Shown here: piece by piece, positions 1 through 11,102 of the stretch
Numbering within the stretch: position 1 is the first letter of the stretch
Layout of the letters: each line of letters opens with the position of its first letter
Sequence record: OL615012
Length of the DNA stretch: 64,000 bases
Reading direction: 5' to 3' (one strand)
From: Shigella phage vB_SboM_Phaginator
The notes under the pieces: model-generated
Databases searched by the model: none
The model's input: the letters and a program-made list of their open reading frames with translations, nothing else
What the model was told of the DNA's origin: nothing
Program-made: the position numbers and the translations under genes

Positions 1-2
1 AA

Positions 3-116
3 GTGTTTTCAAAAGAGCTTCAGGATATGAGCGACGACTACGCGCCAGTTATATTTGTGGATTCGGTTCATTCTGCTGAGTATGTTCCAGTATCTCATGG
101 TATGTCAATGGTATAA
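3..116 (+). CDS. 3' end of upstream gene, probably large terminase gp17 (partial, enters from window edge)
   Basis: Frame 3 open from window edge to TAA 114-116 (...SAEYVPVSHGMSMV*); assigned by position directly upstream of gene 18. Confidence 0.5.
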   Translation: MFSKELQDMSDDYAPVIFVDSVHSAEYVPVSHGMSMV

Positions 117-119
117 ATA
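112..119 (+). promoter_or_regulatory. T4-type late promoter (TATAAATA) for gene 18
   Basis: Exact TATAAATA 29 bp upstream of gene 18 ATG. Confidence 0.7.
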
Positions 120-147
120 TATTAAAGCATATTAAAGAGGATTAAAA

Positions 148-2127
148 ATGACTTTATTATCTCCGGGCATTGAGCTCAAAGAAACTACGGTTCAAAGCAC
201 CGTGGTTAATAACTCTACTGGTACAGCAGCTTTGGCCGGTAAATTCCAGTGGGGTCCTGCTTTTCAGATTAAACAGGTTACAAATGAAGTAGATTTAGTT
301 AATACTTTTGGTCAACCAACCGCTGAAACTGCTGACTATTTTATGTCTGCGATGAATTTCTTGCAGTACGGAAATGACTTACGAGTAGTTCGTGCTGTTG
401 ACAGAGATACCGCTAAAAACTCATCGCCAATTGCTGGTAATATTGAATACACAATTTCTACCCCAGGTAGTAACTATGCAGTTGGAGATAAAATCACGGT
501 CAAATATGTTTCGGATGATATTGAAACTGAAGGTAAAATTACTGAAGTAGACGCAGATGGAAAAATCAAGAAAATTAGTATTCCTACTGCAAAAATTATC
601 GCTAAAGCGAAAGAAGTCGGTGAATATCCGGAATTAGGTTCTAACTGGACTGCGGAAATTTCTTCGTCTTCCTCTGGTTTAGCTGCAGTAATAACTCTTG
701 GAAAAATTATTACTGATTCTGGTATTTTATTAGCTGAAATTGAAAATGCTGAAGCTGCTATGACAGCGGTTGACTTTCAAGCAAATCTCGAAAAATATGG
801 AATTCCAGGAGTAGTAGCTCTTTATCCAGGCGAATTAGGCGATAAAATTGAAATTGAAATCGTATCTAAAGCTGACTACGCAAAAGGAGCTTCTGCATTA
901 CTGCCAATTTATCCAGGTGGTGGTACTCGTGCATCTACTGCCAAAGCGGTGTTTGGATATGGACCACAAACTGATTCGCAATACGCTATTATAGTTCGTC
1001 GTAATGATGCTATTGTTCAAAGCGTTGTTCTTTCAACTAAGCGTGGTGAAAAAGATATTTACGATAGTAACATCTATATCGATGACTTTTTCGCAAAAGG
1101 TGGTTCAGAATATATTTTTGCAACTGCACAAAACTGGCCAGAAGGCTTCTCTGGAATTTTAACTCTGTCTGGTGGATTATCATCAAATGCTGAAGTAACA
1201 GCAGGAGATTTGATGGAAGCTTGGGACTTCTTTGCTGACCGTGAATCTGTTGATGTTCAGTTGTTTATTGCGGGTTCTTGTGCCGGTGAATCTTTAGAAA
1301 CAGCATCTACTGTCCAAAAACACGTCGTTTCAATTGGGGATGCTCGCCAAGATTGCTTAGTATTGTGCTCTCCTCCGCGTGAAACTGTAGTTGGAATTCC
1401 TGTAACCCGCGCAGTAGATAATTTAGTTAACTGGAGAACTGCCACAGGTTCATATACTGATAATAACTTTAATATTAGTTCAACCTATGCAGCAATTGAT
1501 GGTAACTACAAATATCAGTATGACAAATATAATGATGTGAATCGTTGGGTTCCATTAGCAGCTGATATTGCCGGTTTATGTGCAAGAACCGATAACGTTT
1601 CTCAGACTTGGATGTCTCCAGCTGGTTATAATCGCGGCCAGATTCTTAACGTTATTAAACTTGCTATTGAAACTCGCCAGGCTCAGCGCGACCGTTTATA
1701 CCAAGAAGCTATCAACCCAGTAACTGGTACAGGTGGCGATGGTTACGTATTGTATGGTGATAAAACAGCTACTTCTGTTCCTTCTCCATTTGATCGTATT
1801 AACGTTCGTCGTCTGTTTAATATGTTGAAAACGAATATCGGACGTAGTTCAAAATATCGTTTGTTCGAATTAAACAACGCGTTTACTCGTTCATCATTCC
1901 GCACAGAAACTGCCCAGTACTTACAGGGAATTAAAGCTCTCGGTGGAATTTATGAATATCGTGTAGTTTGCGATACAACAAATAACACTCCGTCAGTAAT
2001 TGATAGAAATGAGTTTGTTGCAACATTCTACATCCAACCGGCTAGAAGCATTAACTACATTACCTTAAACTTCGTAGCAACTGCTACTGGTGCAGACTTC
2101 GATGAGTTAACTGGTCTTGCAGGTTAA
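148..2127 (+). CDS. 18: Tail sheath protein gp18
   Basis: 659-aa ORF, same length as T4 gp18; position after gene 17 and before gene 19. Confidence 0.96.
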   Translation: MTLLSPGIELKETTVQSTVVNNSTGTAALAGKFQWGPAFQIKQVTNEVDLVNTFGQPTAETADYFMSAMNFLQYGNDLRVVRAVDRDTAKNSSPIAGNIEYTISTPGSNYAVGDKITVKYVSDDIETEGKITEVDADGKIKKISIPTAKIIAKAKEVGEYPELGSNWTAEISSSSSGLAAVITLGKIITDSGILLAEIENAEAAMTAVDFQANLEKYGIPGVVALYPGELGDKIEIEIVSKADYAKGASALLPIYPGGGTRASTAKAVFGYGPQTDSQYAIIVRRNDAIVQSVVLSTKRGEKDIYDSNIYIDDFFAKGGSEYIFATAQNWPEGFSGILTLSGGLSSNAEVTAGDLMEAWDFFADRESVDVQLFIAGSCAGESLETASTVQKHVVSIGDARQDCLVLCSPPRETVVGIPVTRAVDNLVNWRTATGSYTDNNFNISSTYAAIDGNYKYQYDKYNDVNRWVPLAADIAGLCARTDNVSQTWMSPAGYNRGQILNVIKLAIETRQAQRDRLYQEAINPVTGTGGDGYVLYGDKTATSVPSPFDRINVRRLFNMLKTNIGRSSKYRLFELNNAFTRSSFRTETAQYLQGIKALGGIYEYRVVCDTTNNTPSVIDRNEFVATFYIQPARSINYITLNFVATATGADFDELTGLAG

Positions 2128-2162
2128 TACGGTGCATTCTAAAGGCCTGTTTCGGCAGGCCA

Positions 2163-2170
2163 TATAAATA
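2163..2170 (+). promoter_or_regulatory. Late promoter motif TATAAATA upstream of gene 19
   Basis: Exact TATAAATA in 18-19 intergenic region. Confidence 0.6.
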
Positions 2171-2221
2171 CACTATATCCTTAATTCTTTAATTCTATAT
2201 GCCCTAGGTTAAACATAGGAA

Positions 2222-2229
2222 TATAAATA
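2222..2229 (+). promoter_or_regulatory. Second TATAAATA motif close to gene 19 start
   Basis: Exact motif only 15 bp upstream of ATG; may be too close to be the functional start site. Confidence 0.35.
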
Positions 2230-2243
2230 CTACAGAGGCTAAT

Positions 2244-2735
2244 ATGTTTGTAGATGATGTAACACGAGCGTTTGAATCTGGTGATTTTGCTCGACCTAAC
2301 TTATTCCAAGTAGAAATTTCTTATCTTGGACAAAATTTTACGTTCCAATGTAAAGCCACTGCTTTACCAGCTGGTATTGTAGAAAAAATTCCAGTCGGAT
2401 TTATGAACCGTAAAATTAACGTAGCAGGTGATCGTACATTCGATGATTGGACTGTTACAGTAATGAATGATGAAGCTCATGATGCTCGTCAGAAGTTTGT
2501 TGATTGGCAAAGCATTGCTGCGGGGCAAGGAAACGAAATTACTGGTGGAAAACCTGCAGAGTATAAAAAGAGCGCTATCGTTCGTCAATATGCTCGTGAC
2601 GCTAAAACAGTAACAAAAGAAATTGAAATTAAAGGTCTGTGGCCTACTAACGTGGGTGAACTTCAATTAGATTGGGATTCAAACAATGAAATTCAAACCT
2701 TTGAAGTAACTCTTGCTCTCGATTATTGGGAATAA
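2244..2735 (+). CDS. 19: Tail tube protein gp19
   Basis: 163-aa ORF, matches T4 gp19 length and position. Confidence 0.95.
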   Translation: MFVDDVTRAFESGDFARPNLFQVEISYLGQNFTFQCKATALPAGIVEKIPVGFMNRKINVAGDRTFDDWTVTVMNDEAHDARQKFVDWQSIAAGQGNEITGGKPAEYKKSAIVRQYARDAKTVTKEIEIKGLWPTNVGELQLDWDSNNEIQTFEVTLALDYWE

Positions 2736-2740
2736 AATGA

Positions 2741-2758
2741 ATGGGGAGAAATCCCCAT
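2741..2758 (+). terminator. Stem-loop after gene 19 (GGGGAGAAATCCCC), no U-tract
   Basis: Perfect short inverted repeat directly after stop codon; likely RNA stability element rather than strong terminator. Confidence 0.35.
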
Positions 2759-2767
2759 CCTGCTTAA

Positions 2768-4392
<1,625 letters not shown>

Positions 4393-4393
<1 letters not shown>

Positions 4394-4635
4394 TGGAAGG
4401 TTTAATTGAAGCTATTAAATCAAACGACCTCGTAGCCGCTCGTAAATTATTTGCTGAAGCCATGGCTGCAAGAACGATTGATTTAATTAAAGAAGAAAAA
4501 ATCGCTATCGCTCGTAATTTCTTAATCGAAGGTGAAGAACCTGAAGACGAGGATGATGACGAAGATGGTGATGATAAAGACGATAAAAAAGACAAAGACT
4601 CTGACGAAGATGACGAAGACGAGGATGATGAATAA
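4393..4635 (+). CDS. 67: Prohead core protein gp67 with acidic C-terminal tail
   Basis: 80-aa ORF, TAATG overlap with gene 20; C-terminal run of D/E/K residues; position as in T4. Confidence 0.85.
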
Positions 4636-5060
4636 TGCTTCTGATCCCTGAAACTCATGAATTAGTTCTCGAGAATGTCGAAGCACTTATTCCTGAAGCA
4701 CAGGGTCGCTTTGACGAATTGTCTTCTGCTTTAAATAAAGACGATATAAATACAATTGTCGAGAATATGCTTGATGATGAAACTGATTTAGCGGTTGCAT
4801 TAGCTTCTATTAATGAAAATATGCCATTAAATGAATTCATCGTTAAACATGTTTCCGCCCGTGGTGAAATTACTCGCACTAAAGATCGCAAAACCCGCGA
4901 ACGTAATGCATTTCAAACCACTGGGCTGTCTAAAGCAAAACGTAGACAAATTGCTCGCAAAGCTACCAAAACGAAGATTGCCAATCCAGCAGGTCAATCT
5001 CGTGCTCAGCGTAAGCGTAAAAAAGCTCTTAAACGCCGTAAAGCATTAGGATTAAGCTAA
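4635..5060 (+). CDS. 68: Prohead core protein gp68
   Basis: 141-aa ORF coupled by overlapping stop/start to genes 67 and 21. Confidence 0.85.
4745..4752 (+). promoter_or_regulatory. TATAAATA motif inside gene 68, possible late promoter for gene 21
   Basis: Exact motif about 310 bp upstream of gene 21 start; function uncertain. Confidence 0.3.
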
Positions 5061-5698
5061 TGAATGAACCCCAATTACTAATTGAAACTTGGGGTCAACC
5101 TGGCGAAATTATTGATGGCGTGCCAATGCTTGAATCTCATGATGGAAAAGACCTAGGTTTAAAACCTGGTTTATACATCGAAGGAATATTCATGCAAGCG
5201 GAAGTCGTCAATAGAAATAAACGTCTTTATCCAAAACGCATATTAGAAAAAGCGGTAAAAGACTATATCAATGAGCAAGTTTTAACTAAACAAGCTCTCG
5301 GAGAATTAAATCATCCTCCACGCGCTAATGTTGACCCGATGCAAGCCGCTATCATTATAGAAGATATGTGGTGGAAAGGAAATGACGTATACGGACGAGC
5401 TCGTGTTATTGAAGGTGACCATGGTCCTGGAGATAAATTAGCAGCTAATATTCGTGCCGGATGGATTCCAGGAGTTTCTTCTCGTGGATTAGGTTCATTG
5501 ACTGACACAAATAAAGGTTATCGTATCGTAAACGAAGGATTCAAATTAACTGTAGGTGTTGATGCAGTATGGGGTCCAAGTGCTCCAGATGCATGGGTAA
5601 CTCCTAAGGAAATTACCGAATCACAGACGGCGGAAGCCGATACAAGTGCCGATGACGCCTATATGGCTCTCGCAGAGGCCATGAAAAAAGCGTTATAA
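5060..5698 (+). CDS. 21: Prohead core protease gp21
   Basis: 212-aa ORF, T4 gp21 length and position. Confidence 0.95.
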   Translation: MNEPQLLIETWGQPGEIIDGVPMLESHDGKDLGLKPGLYIEGIFMQAEVVNRNKRLYPKRILEKAVKDYINEQVLTKQALGELNHPPRANVDPMQAAIIIEDMWWKGNDVYGRARVIEGDHGPGDKLAANIRAGWIPGVSSRGLGSLTDTNKGYRIVNEGFKLTVGVDAVWGPSAPDAWVTPKEITESQTAEADTSADDAYMALAEAMKKAL

Positions 5699-5701
5699 AT
5701 A
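5694..5701 (+). promoter_or_regulatory. Late promoter TATAAATA for gene 22 (overlaps gene 21 stop codon)
   Basis: Exact motif 28 bp upstream of gene 22 ATG. Confidence 0.65.
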
Positions 5702-5728
5702 TTATTATCTAAACAACAGGACTACAAA

Positions 5729-6538
5729 ATGCTTAAAGAACAACTGATTGCTGAAGCGCAAAAAATTGATGCTTCCGTTGCTCTTGATAGTATTTTCGAA
5801 TCAGTTAATATTTCTCCGGAAGCAAAAGAAACTTTCGGCACTGTATTCGAAGCTACCGTCAAGCAGCACGCCGTTAAATTAGCTGAATCTCATATCGCTA
5901 AAATTGCTGAAAAAGCAGAAGAAGAAGTAGAAAAAAATAAAGAAGAAGCCGAAGAAAAAGCTGAGAAGAAAATCGCTGAGCAAGCTTCTAAATTCATCGA
6001 CCATCTTGCGAAAGAATGGCTCGCTGAAAATAAATTAGCAGTTGATAAAGGTATCAAAGCCGAACTGTTTGAATCCATGCTTGGTGGATTAAAAGAGCTC
6101 TTTGTTGAACACAACGTTGTTGTTCCAGAAGAATCAGTTGATGTTGTAGCTGAAATGGAAGAAGAGCTGCAAGAACATAAAGAAGAATCAGCTCGTCTGT
6201 TCGAAGAACTCAATAAGCGTGACGCATATATCAATTATGTGCAGCGTGAAGTGGCATTGAGCGAAAGTACTAAAGATCTGACTGAGTCTCAAAAAGAAAA
6301 AGTCTCTGCTCTGGTCGAAGGTATGGATTATTCAGATGAATTCTCAAGTAAATTGAGTGCCATCGTAGAAATGGTGAAGAAGTCTAATAAAGATGAAAGC
6401 ACTATTACTGAGAGTATAAATACTCCTGATACTGAAGCAGCCGGACTGAATTTCGTCACTGAAGCTGTAGAAGATAAAGCTGCACAGGGTGCAGAAGATA
6501 TTGTAAGTGTATATGCGAAAGTCGCATCTCGTTTCTAA
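5729..6538 (+). CDS. 22: Prohead core scaffold protein gp22
   Basis: 269-aa highly charged, helix-prone ORF at the T4 gene 22 position. Confidence 0.93.
   Translation: MLKEQLIAEAQKIDASVALDSIFESVNISPEAKETFGTVFEATVKQHAVKLAESHIAKIAEKAEEEVEKNKEEAEEKAEKKIAEQASKFIDHLAKEWLAENKLAVDKGIKAELFESMLGGLKELFVEHNVVVPEESVDVVAEMEEELQEHKEESARLFEELNKRDAYINYVQREVALSESTKDLTESQKEKVSALVEGMDYSDEFSSKLSAIVEMVKKSNKDESTITESINTPDTEAAGLNFVTEAVEDKAAQGAEDIVSVYAKVASRF
6415..6422 (+). promoter_or_regulatory. Late promoter TATAAATA for gene 23 located inside gene 22
   Basis: Exact motif about 135 bp upstream of gene 23 ATG, as for T4 P23. Confidence 0.6.
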
Positions 6539-6556
6539 TTTTAAAGGTTAACACAA

Positions 6557-8122
6557 ATGACTATCAAAACTAAAGCTGAACTTTTGAACAAATGGAAGCC
6601 ATTACTGGAAGGTGAAGGTTTACCGGAAATTGCTAATAGCAAACAAGCGATTATCGCTAAAATCTTTGAAAACCAGGAAAAAGATTTCCAGACAGCTCCG
6701 GAATATAAAGACGAAAAAATTGCTCAGGCATTCGGTTCTTTCTTAACAGAAGCTGAAATCGGTGGTGACCACGGTTACAATGCTACCAACATCGCCGCAG
6801 GTCAGACTTCTGGCGCAGTAACTCAGATTGGCCCAGCTGTTATGGGTATGGTACGTCGTGCTATTCCTAACCTGATTGCTTTCGATATTTGCGGTGTTCA
6901 AGCGATGAGCAGCCCAACCGGTCAGGTATTCGCACTCCGCGCGGTATATGGTAAAGATCCGATCGCTGCCGGTGCTAAAGAAGCATTCCACCCAATGTAT
7001 GGTCCAGATGCAATGTTCTCTGGTCAGGGTGCTGCTAAGAAATTCGCTGCTTTGAAAGCAAGTGATACTCTTGAAGTCGGAACTATTTACACCCACTTCT
7101 TCCAGGAAACTGGTACTGTATATCTGCAAGCTACAGAAGTTAAACAAATTGATACTAGTGCAACTGATGCAGCTAAATTAGATGCTGAAATTAAGAAACA
7201 AATGGAAGCTGGTGTACTGGTAGAAATCGCTGAAGGTATGGCTACTTCTATCGCTGAACTTCAGGAAGGTTTCAACGGTTCTACCGATAACCCATGGAAT
7301 GAAATGGGCTTCCGTATCGATAAACAAGTTATCGAAGCTAAATCTCGCCAGCTGAAAGCTGCTTACTCTATTGAATTAGCACAAGACCTCCGCGCTGTTC
7401 ATGGTATGGATGCTGATGCTGAACTGTCTGGTATTCTGGCTACCGAAATCATGCTGGAAATCAACCGCGAAGTTGTTGATTGGATTAACTACTCAGCACA
7501 GGTTGGTAAATCTGGTATGACCCTGACTCCGGGTTCTAAAGCTGGTGTATTTGACTTCCAGGATCCGATTGATATTCGTGGTGCTCGCTGGGCTGGTGAA
7601 TCATTTAAAGCTCTGTTGTTCCAGATTGACAAAGAAGCAGTTGAAATTGCTCGTCAAACCGGTCGCGGCGAAGGTAACTTCATTATCGCTTCCCGTAACG
7701 TAGTTAACGTTCTGGCTTCAGTTGATACCGGCATTTCTTATGCTGCACAAGGTCTGGCTACCGGCTTTAACACTGATACTACCAAGTCAGTATTTGCTGG
7801 TGTTCTGGGTGGTAAATACCGCGTATATATCGACCAGTATGCTAAACAGGATTACTTCACTGTAGGTTATAAAGGTCCGAACGAAATGGATGCTGGTATT
7901 TACTATGCTCCATATGTAGCTCTGACTCCGCTGCGCGGTTCCGATCCGAAGAACTTCCAACCAGTAATGGGATTCAAAACTCGTTACGGTATCGGTATCA
8001 ACCCATTTGCAGAATCCGCTGCTCAGGCTCCGGCTTCTCGCATCCAGAGCGGTATGCCTTCTATCCTGAACAGCCTTGGTAAAAACGCTTACTTCCGCCG
8101 TGTATATGTTAAAGGTATCTAA
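6557..8122 (+). CDS. 23: Major capsid protein gp23
   Basis: 521-aa ORF; length, position and sequence recalled as T4 gp23. Confidence 0.97.
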   Translation: MTIKTKAELLNKWKPLLEGEGLPEIANSKQAIIAKIFENQEKDFQTAPEYKDEKIAQAFGSFLTEAEIGGDHGYNATNIAAGQTSGAVTQIGPAVMGMVRRAIPNLIAFDICGVQAMSSPTGQVFALRAVYGKDPIAAGAKEAFHPMYGPDAMFSGQGAAKKFAALKASDTLEVGTIYTHFFQETGTVYLQATEVKQIDTSATDAAKLDAEIKKQMEAGVLVEIAEGMATSIAELQEGFNGSTDNPWNEMGFRIDKQVIEAKSRQLKAAYSIELAQDLRAVHGMDADAELSGILATEIMLEINREVVDWINYSAQVGKSGMTLTPGSKAGVFDFQDPIDIRGARWAGESFKALLFQIDKEAVEIARQTGRGEGNFIIASRNVVNVLASVDTGISYAAQGLATGFNTDTTKSVFAGVLGGKYRVYIDQYAKQDYFTVGYKGPNEMDAGIYYAPYVALTPLRGSDPKNFQPVMGFKTRYGIGINPFAESAAQAPASRIQSGMPSILNSLGKNAYFRRVYVKGI

Positions 8123-8137
8123 TCTTTGACGATTTAA

Positions 8138-8166
8138 GGGACCTTCGGGTCCCTTTAGTTGTTTTT
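8138..8166 (+). terminator. Rho-independent terminator after gene 23
   Basis: GGGACC-UUCG-GGUCCC hairpin followed by T-rich tract. Confidence 0.75.
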
Positions 8167-8170
8167 ATGG

Positions 8171-8178
8171 TATAAATA
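8171..8178 (+). promoter_or_regulatory. Late promoter TATAAATA for gene 24
   Basis: Exact motif 28 bp upstream of ATG. Confidence 0.65.
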
Positions 8179-8205
8179 AATCATATAAACCAAAAGGAAA
8201 GCGCA

Positions 8206-9489
8206 ATGGCTAAAATCAACGAACTTCTGCGCGAATCAACCACAACGAATAGCAACTCAATCGGTCGCCCAAATCTCGTTGCTTTGACTCGCGCTACCAC
8301 TAAATTAATATATTCTGACATTGTAGCAACGCAAAGAACTAATCAACCTGTTGCTGCTTTTTATGGTATCAAATACCTTAACCCAGACAATGAATTTACA
8401 TTTAAAACTGGTGCTACTTATGCTGGCGAAGCTGGATATGTAGACCGAGAACAAATCACAGAATTAACAGAAGAGTCTAAATTAACTCTCAATAAAGGCG
8501 ATTTATTCAAATATAATAATATCGTTTATAAAGTATTAGAAGATACACCATTTGCTGATATTGAAGAAAGCGATTTAGAATTAGCTCTTCAGATTGCAAT
8601 TGTTCTTTTAAAGGTTCGTCTATTTTCTGACGCAGCGTCAACAAGCAAATTTGAAAGCTCTGATAGTGAAATTGCGGATGCTAGATTCCAGATTAATAAA
8701 TGGCAAACCGCAGTTAAATCTCGTAAACTTAAAACCGGTATCACAGTTGAATTAGCACAAGATTTAGAAGCAAATGGATTCGATGCTCCTAATTTCTTGG
8801 AAGATTTGCTTGCAACCGAAATGGCGGATGAAATCAATAAAGATATTTTACAATCTTTGATTACCGTATCAAAACGCTATAAAGTTACAGGAATTACTGA
8901 TACTGGATTCATTGATTTGAGTTATGCATCTGCACCTGAAGCTGGTCGTTCATTATACCGAATGGTATGCGAAATGGTTTCGCATATCCAAAAAGAATCA
9001 ACTTATACAGCAACGTTCTGTGTTGCTTCTGCTCGTGCCGCTGCGATTCTTGCTGCATCAGGTTGGTTAAAACATAAACCAGAAGATGATAAATATCTTT
9101 CACAAAATGCCTATGGGTTCTTAGCTAATGGTTTACCGCTTTATTGCGATACTAACAGCCCATTAGATTATGTAATCGTTGGCGTAGTAGAAAATATCGG
9201 TGAAAAAGAAATTGTCGGATCAATTTTCTATGCTCCGTATACAGAAGGTCTTGACTTAGATGACCCTGAACATGTAGGTGCATTTAAAGTTGTAGTTGAC
9301 CCAGAAAGCTTACAACCATCTATCGGTTTATTGGTTAGATATGCTTTATCTGCAAATCCTTACACTGTAGCAAAAGATGAAAAAGAAGCAAGAATAATTG
9401 ATGGTGGAGACATGGATAAAATGGCGGGTCGTTCAGATTTGTCTGTTTTATTAGGTGTTAAACTACCAAAAATTATTGTTGATGAATAA
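8206..9489 (+). CDS. 24: Capsid vertex protein gp24
   Basis: 427-aa ORF, gp23 paralog position and length as in T4. Confidence 0.95.
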   Translation: MAKINELLRESTTTNSNSIGRPNLVALTRATTKLIYSDIVATQRTNQPVAAFYGIKYLNPDNEFTFKTGATYAGEAGYVDREQITELTEESKLTLNKGDLFKYNNIVYKVLEDTPFADIEESDLELALQIAIVLLKVRLFSDAASTSKFESSDSEIADARFQINKWQTAVKSRKLKTGITVELAQDLEANGFDAPNFLEDLLATEMADEINKDILQSLITVSKRYKVTGITDTGFIDLSYASAPEAGRSLYRMVCEMVSHIQKESTYTATFCVASARAAAILAASGWLKHKPEDDKYLSQNAYGFLANGLPLYCDTNSPLDYVIVGVVENIGEKEIVGSIFYAPYTEGLDLDDPEHVGAFKVVVDPESLQPSIGLLVRYALSANPYTVAKDEKEARIIDGGDMDKMAGRSDLSVLLGVKLPKIIVDE

Positions 9490-9494
9490 AGCAA

Positions 9495-9516
9495 AGGGAC
9501 CGAAAGGTCCCTTTTT
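9495..9516. terminator. Bidirectional terminator between convergent genes 24 and rnlB
   Basis: GGGACC-GAAA-GGUCCC hairpin flanked by A-run and T-run. Confidence 0.7.
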
Positions 9517-9518
9517 AT

Positions 9519-10523
9519 TTAACTTACCAATTCAATCCAAGCCGGACGAAGTACATCTTGTACCATTTTAACTAATTCCTTTTTAATCAAAGAAGGATTA
9601 TCCGCTTGAGTTAGAGTAATACCTTCACGAGAAGTTTCTTCCAAAATATCTTGAACAGTTAGTCCCATCACCTTTCCAAAATCTTTTGGACCAATTTCGC
9701 CAATTTTAGAAATAACGTTATTTACTCGGTTCAGTGTAACGTAGCAAGCTAAAATTCCCAGCAATTTATTATCAGCTTCTGACAGCTCAACTTTAGCTTT
9801 AATAGGCTTATCAGACTTTTTCTTTTCACTAAATTTGGAATTCTTGCATTTAATAGCTACACGATTGCGATTAGGCAGCCAAGAAGGATAACAAGGTTTC
9901 AATACATATCCTTCAGCGGTAAATACTTCGCCTTTGGCTTCGGCATTCCAAACGCATTTATTTGCATCAACTAATCCAGCATGGTCTACTGTAAAATTAT
10001 AATCTTGGACGACAGAATCTAAATCATTTGGCAATTTAATAAGCTCTTCAAATTTACCGCGGCCTAAAAGTGGAGCCATTTTAAACCCAAATGAATTACA
10101 AAACGATTCCATCATGTAATCATCAACATAAGTTACATCACCACTTTCTGTAGTAACAATAATGTCAAATACATAAAAATCTTTATCGCCATAATCAACA
10201 TTCTTCTGAATGCCAGGTCCAGCGAATTCGCCAAAAACTTGATAAGATACAACCGCTGAAGTTTCCATAATATCTTGTACTGCTTTAATGGAATCAGCGT
10301 AATTCTTCAAAATAATTTCATACCCAAAGAAATCTTCAGCAGGAAGAATAGGACCAGTGCGTTTAGCGCAAGTTACTTTATCACGCTCAATAATTAATGA
10401 GAAATTTGTGCCGTGAATCTTTTCACGAGCCACCCATTCGCCGCCAGTCAATCCTAAACTGTAAAGTTTTTCAATAAATTTAGAGTTGTAATGATTTTCA
10501 AGACTGCTATACTTTTTAAACAT
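9519..10523 (-). CDS. rnlB: RNA ligase 2
   Basis: 334-aa ORF with nucleotidyltransferase KxHG motif (KIHGTN); T4 Rnl2 length and position. Confidence 0.9.
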   Translation of the reverse strand: MFKKYSSLENHYNSKFIEKLYSLGLTGGEWVAREKIHGTNFSLIIERDKVTCAKRTGPILPAEDFFGYEIILKNYADSIKAVQDIMETSAVVSYQVFGEFAGPGIQKNVDYGDKDFYVFDIIVTTESGDVTYVDDYMMESFCNSFGFKMAPLLGRGKFEELIKLPNDLDSVVQDYNFTVDHAGLVDANKCVWNAEAKGEVFTAEGYVLKPCYPSWLPNRNRVAIKCKNSKFSEKKKSDKPIKAKVELSEADNKLLGILACYVTLNRVNNVISKIGEIGPKDFGKVMGLTVQDILEETSREGITLTQADNPSLIKKELVKMVQDVLRPAWIELVS

Positions 10524-10532
10524 AATTAATCC

Positions 10533-10811
10533 TCAGAATGTAATTTCTAACCAATCACCATCACGTTGATCACTATTGACTTTAAAATTAAATCCTTCTT
10601 TTCTCAGCCAATCACCAATTTCTTCAGTAATCAATTTATCGCGAGCAGTACAATAATAACTAAAATATGTTTTACCTTGTTCAGCTGCTTTATTAGCAAG
10701 TTCTGAAAAATCTTTAATAAAACACTCTAGCTTAAACTGTTTACTTTTAAGTGCTTTTTCGCGTAATTGATTAGCAAAAGATTCATTTTCATAAAGATCA
10801 TACTGTTCCAT
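10533..10811 (-). CDS. Hypothetical protein (T4 24.2 position)
   Basis: 92-aa ORF packed between rnlB and next ORF. Confidence 0.6.
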   Translation of the reverse strand: MEQYDLYENESFANQLREKALKSKQFKLECFIKDFSELANKAAEQGKTYFSYYCTARDKLITEEIGDWLRKEGFNFKVNSDQRDGDWLEITF

Positions 10812-11013
10812 TTTTCACCTTTTTATTGATATGTCTTTTTCTATAGACAACTTTTTCTCGAGTTTCAAATTTATTCTTAGCAGTCATAGCTCGAGCCCAT
10901 AATACAGCCACTTCTTTCGCCTGTAAGTTTAATTCACGAGCAATTTCAATGAATGACTTTCCAGACTCATGAAGAGTAAACACCACAACCTCAGTTCTCA
11001 TAATCAATCTCAT
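10798..11013 (-). CDS. Hypothetical protein (T4 24.3 position)
   Basis: 71-aa ORF; start codon uncertain. Confidence 0.5.
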   Translation of the reverse strand: MRLIMRTEVVVFTLHESGKSFIEIARELNLQAKEVAVLWARAMTAKNKFETREKVVYRKRHINKKVKNGTV

Positions 11014-11081
11014 GTTATCGAGTTGGTGCCATTATATACATCATTTTCTGAGTGTGTTTTGTGTGCTTTCAAAATGAAGAA

Positions 11082-11098
11082 AGGGGCCGAAGCCCCTT
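11082..11098 (-). terminator. Hairpin downstream of hoc
   Basis: GGGGC-CGAA-GCCCC stem-loop just after hoc stop; weak U-tract. Confidence 0.45.
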
Positions 11099-11102
11099 AC
11101 GA

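Noticed and set aside
1257-1445. Antisense ORFs of 60-160 aa inside large structural genes (for example 1257-1445, 2364-2666, 6743-7147, 48016-48495, 57773-58058)
   Set aside because: Fully embedded in well-supported T4-homologous genes on the opposite strand; no independent start signals
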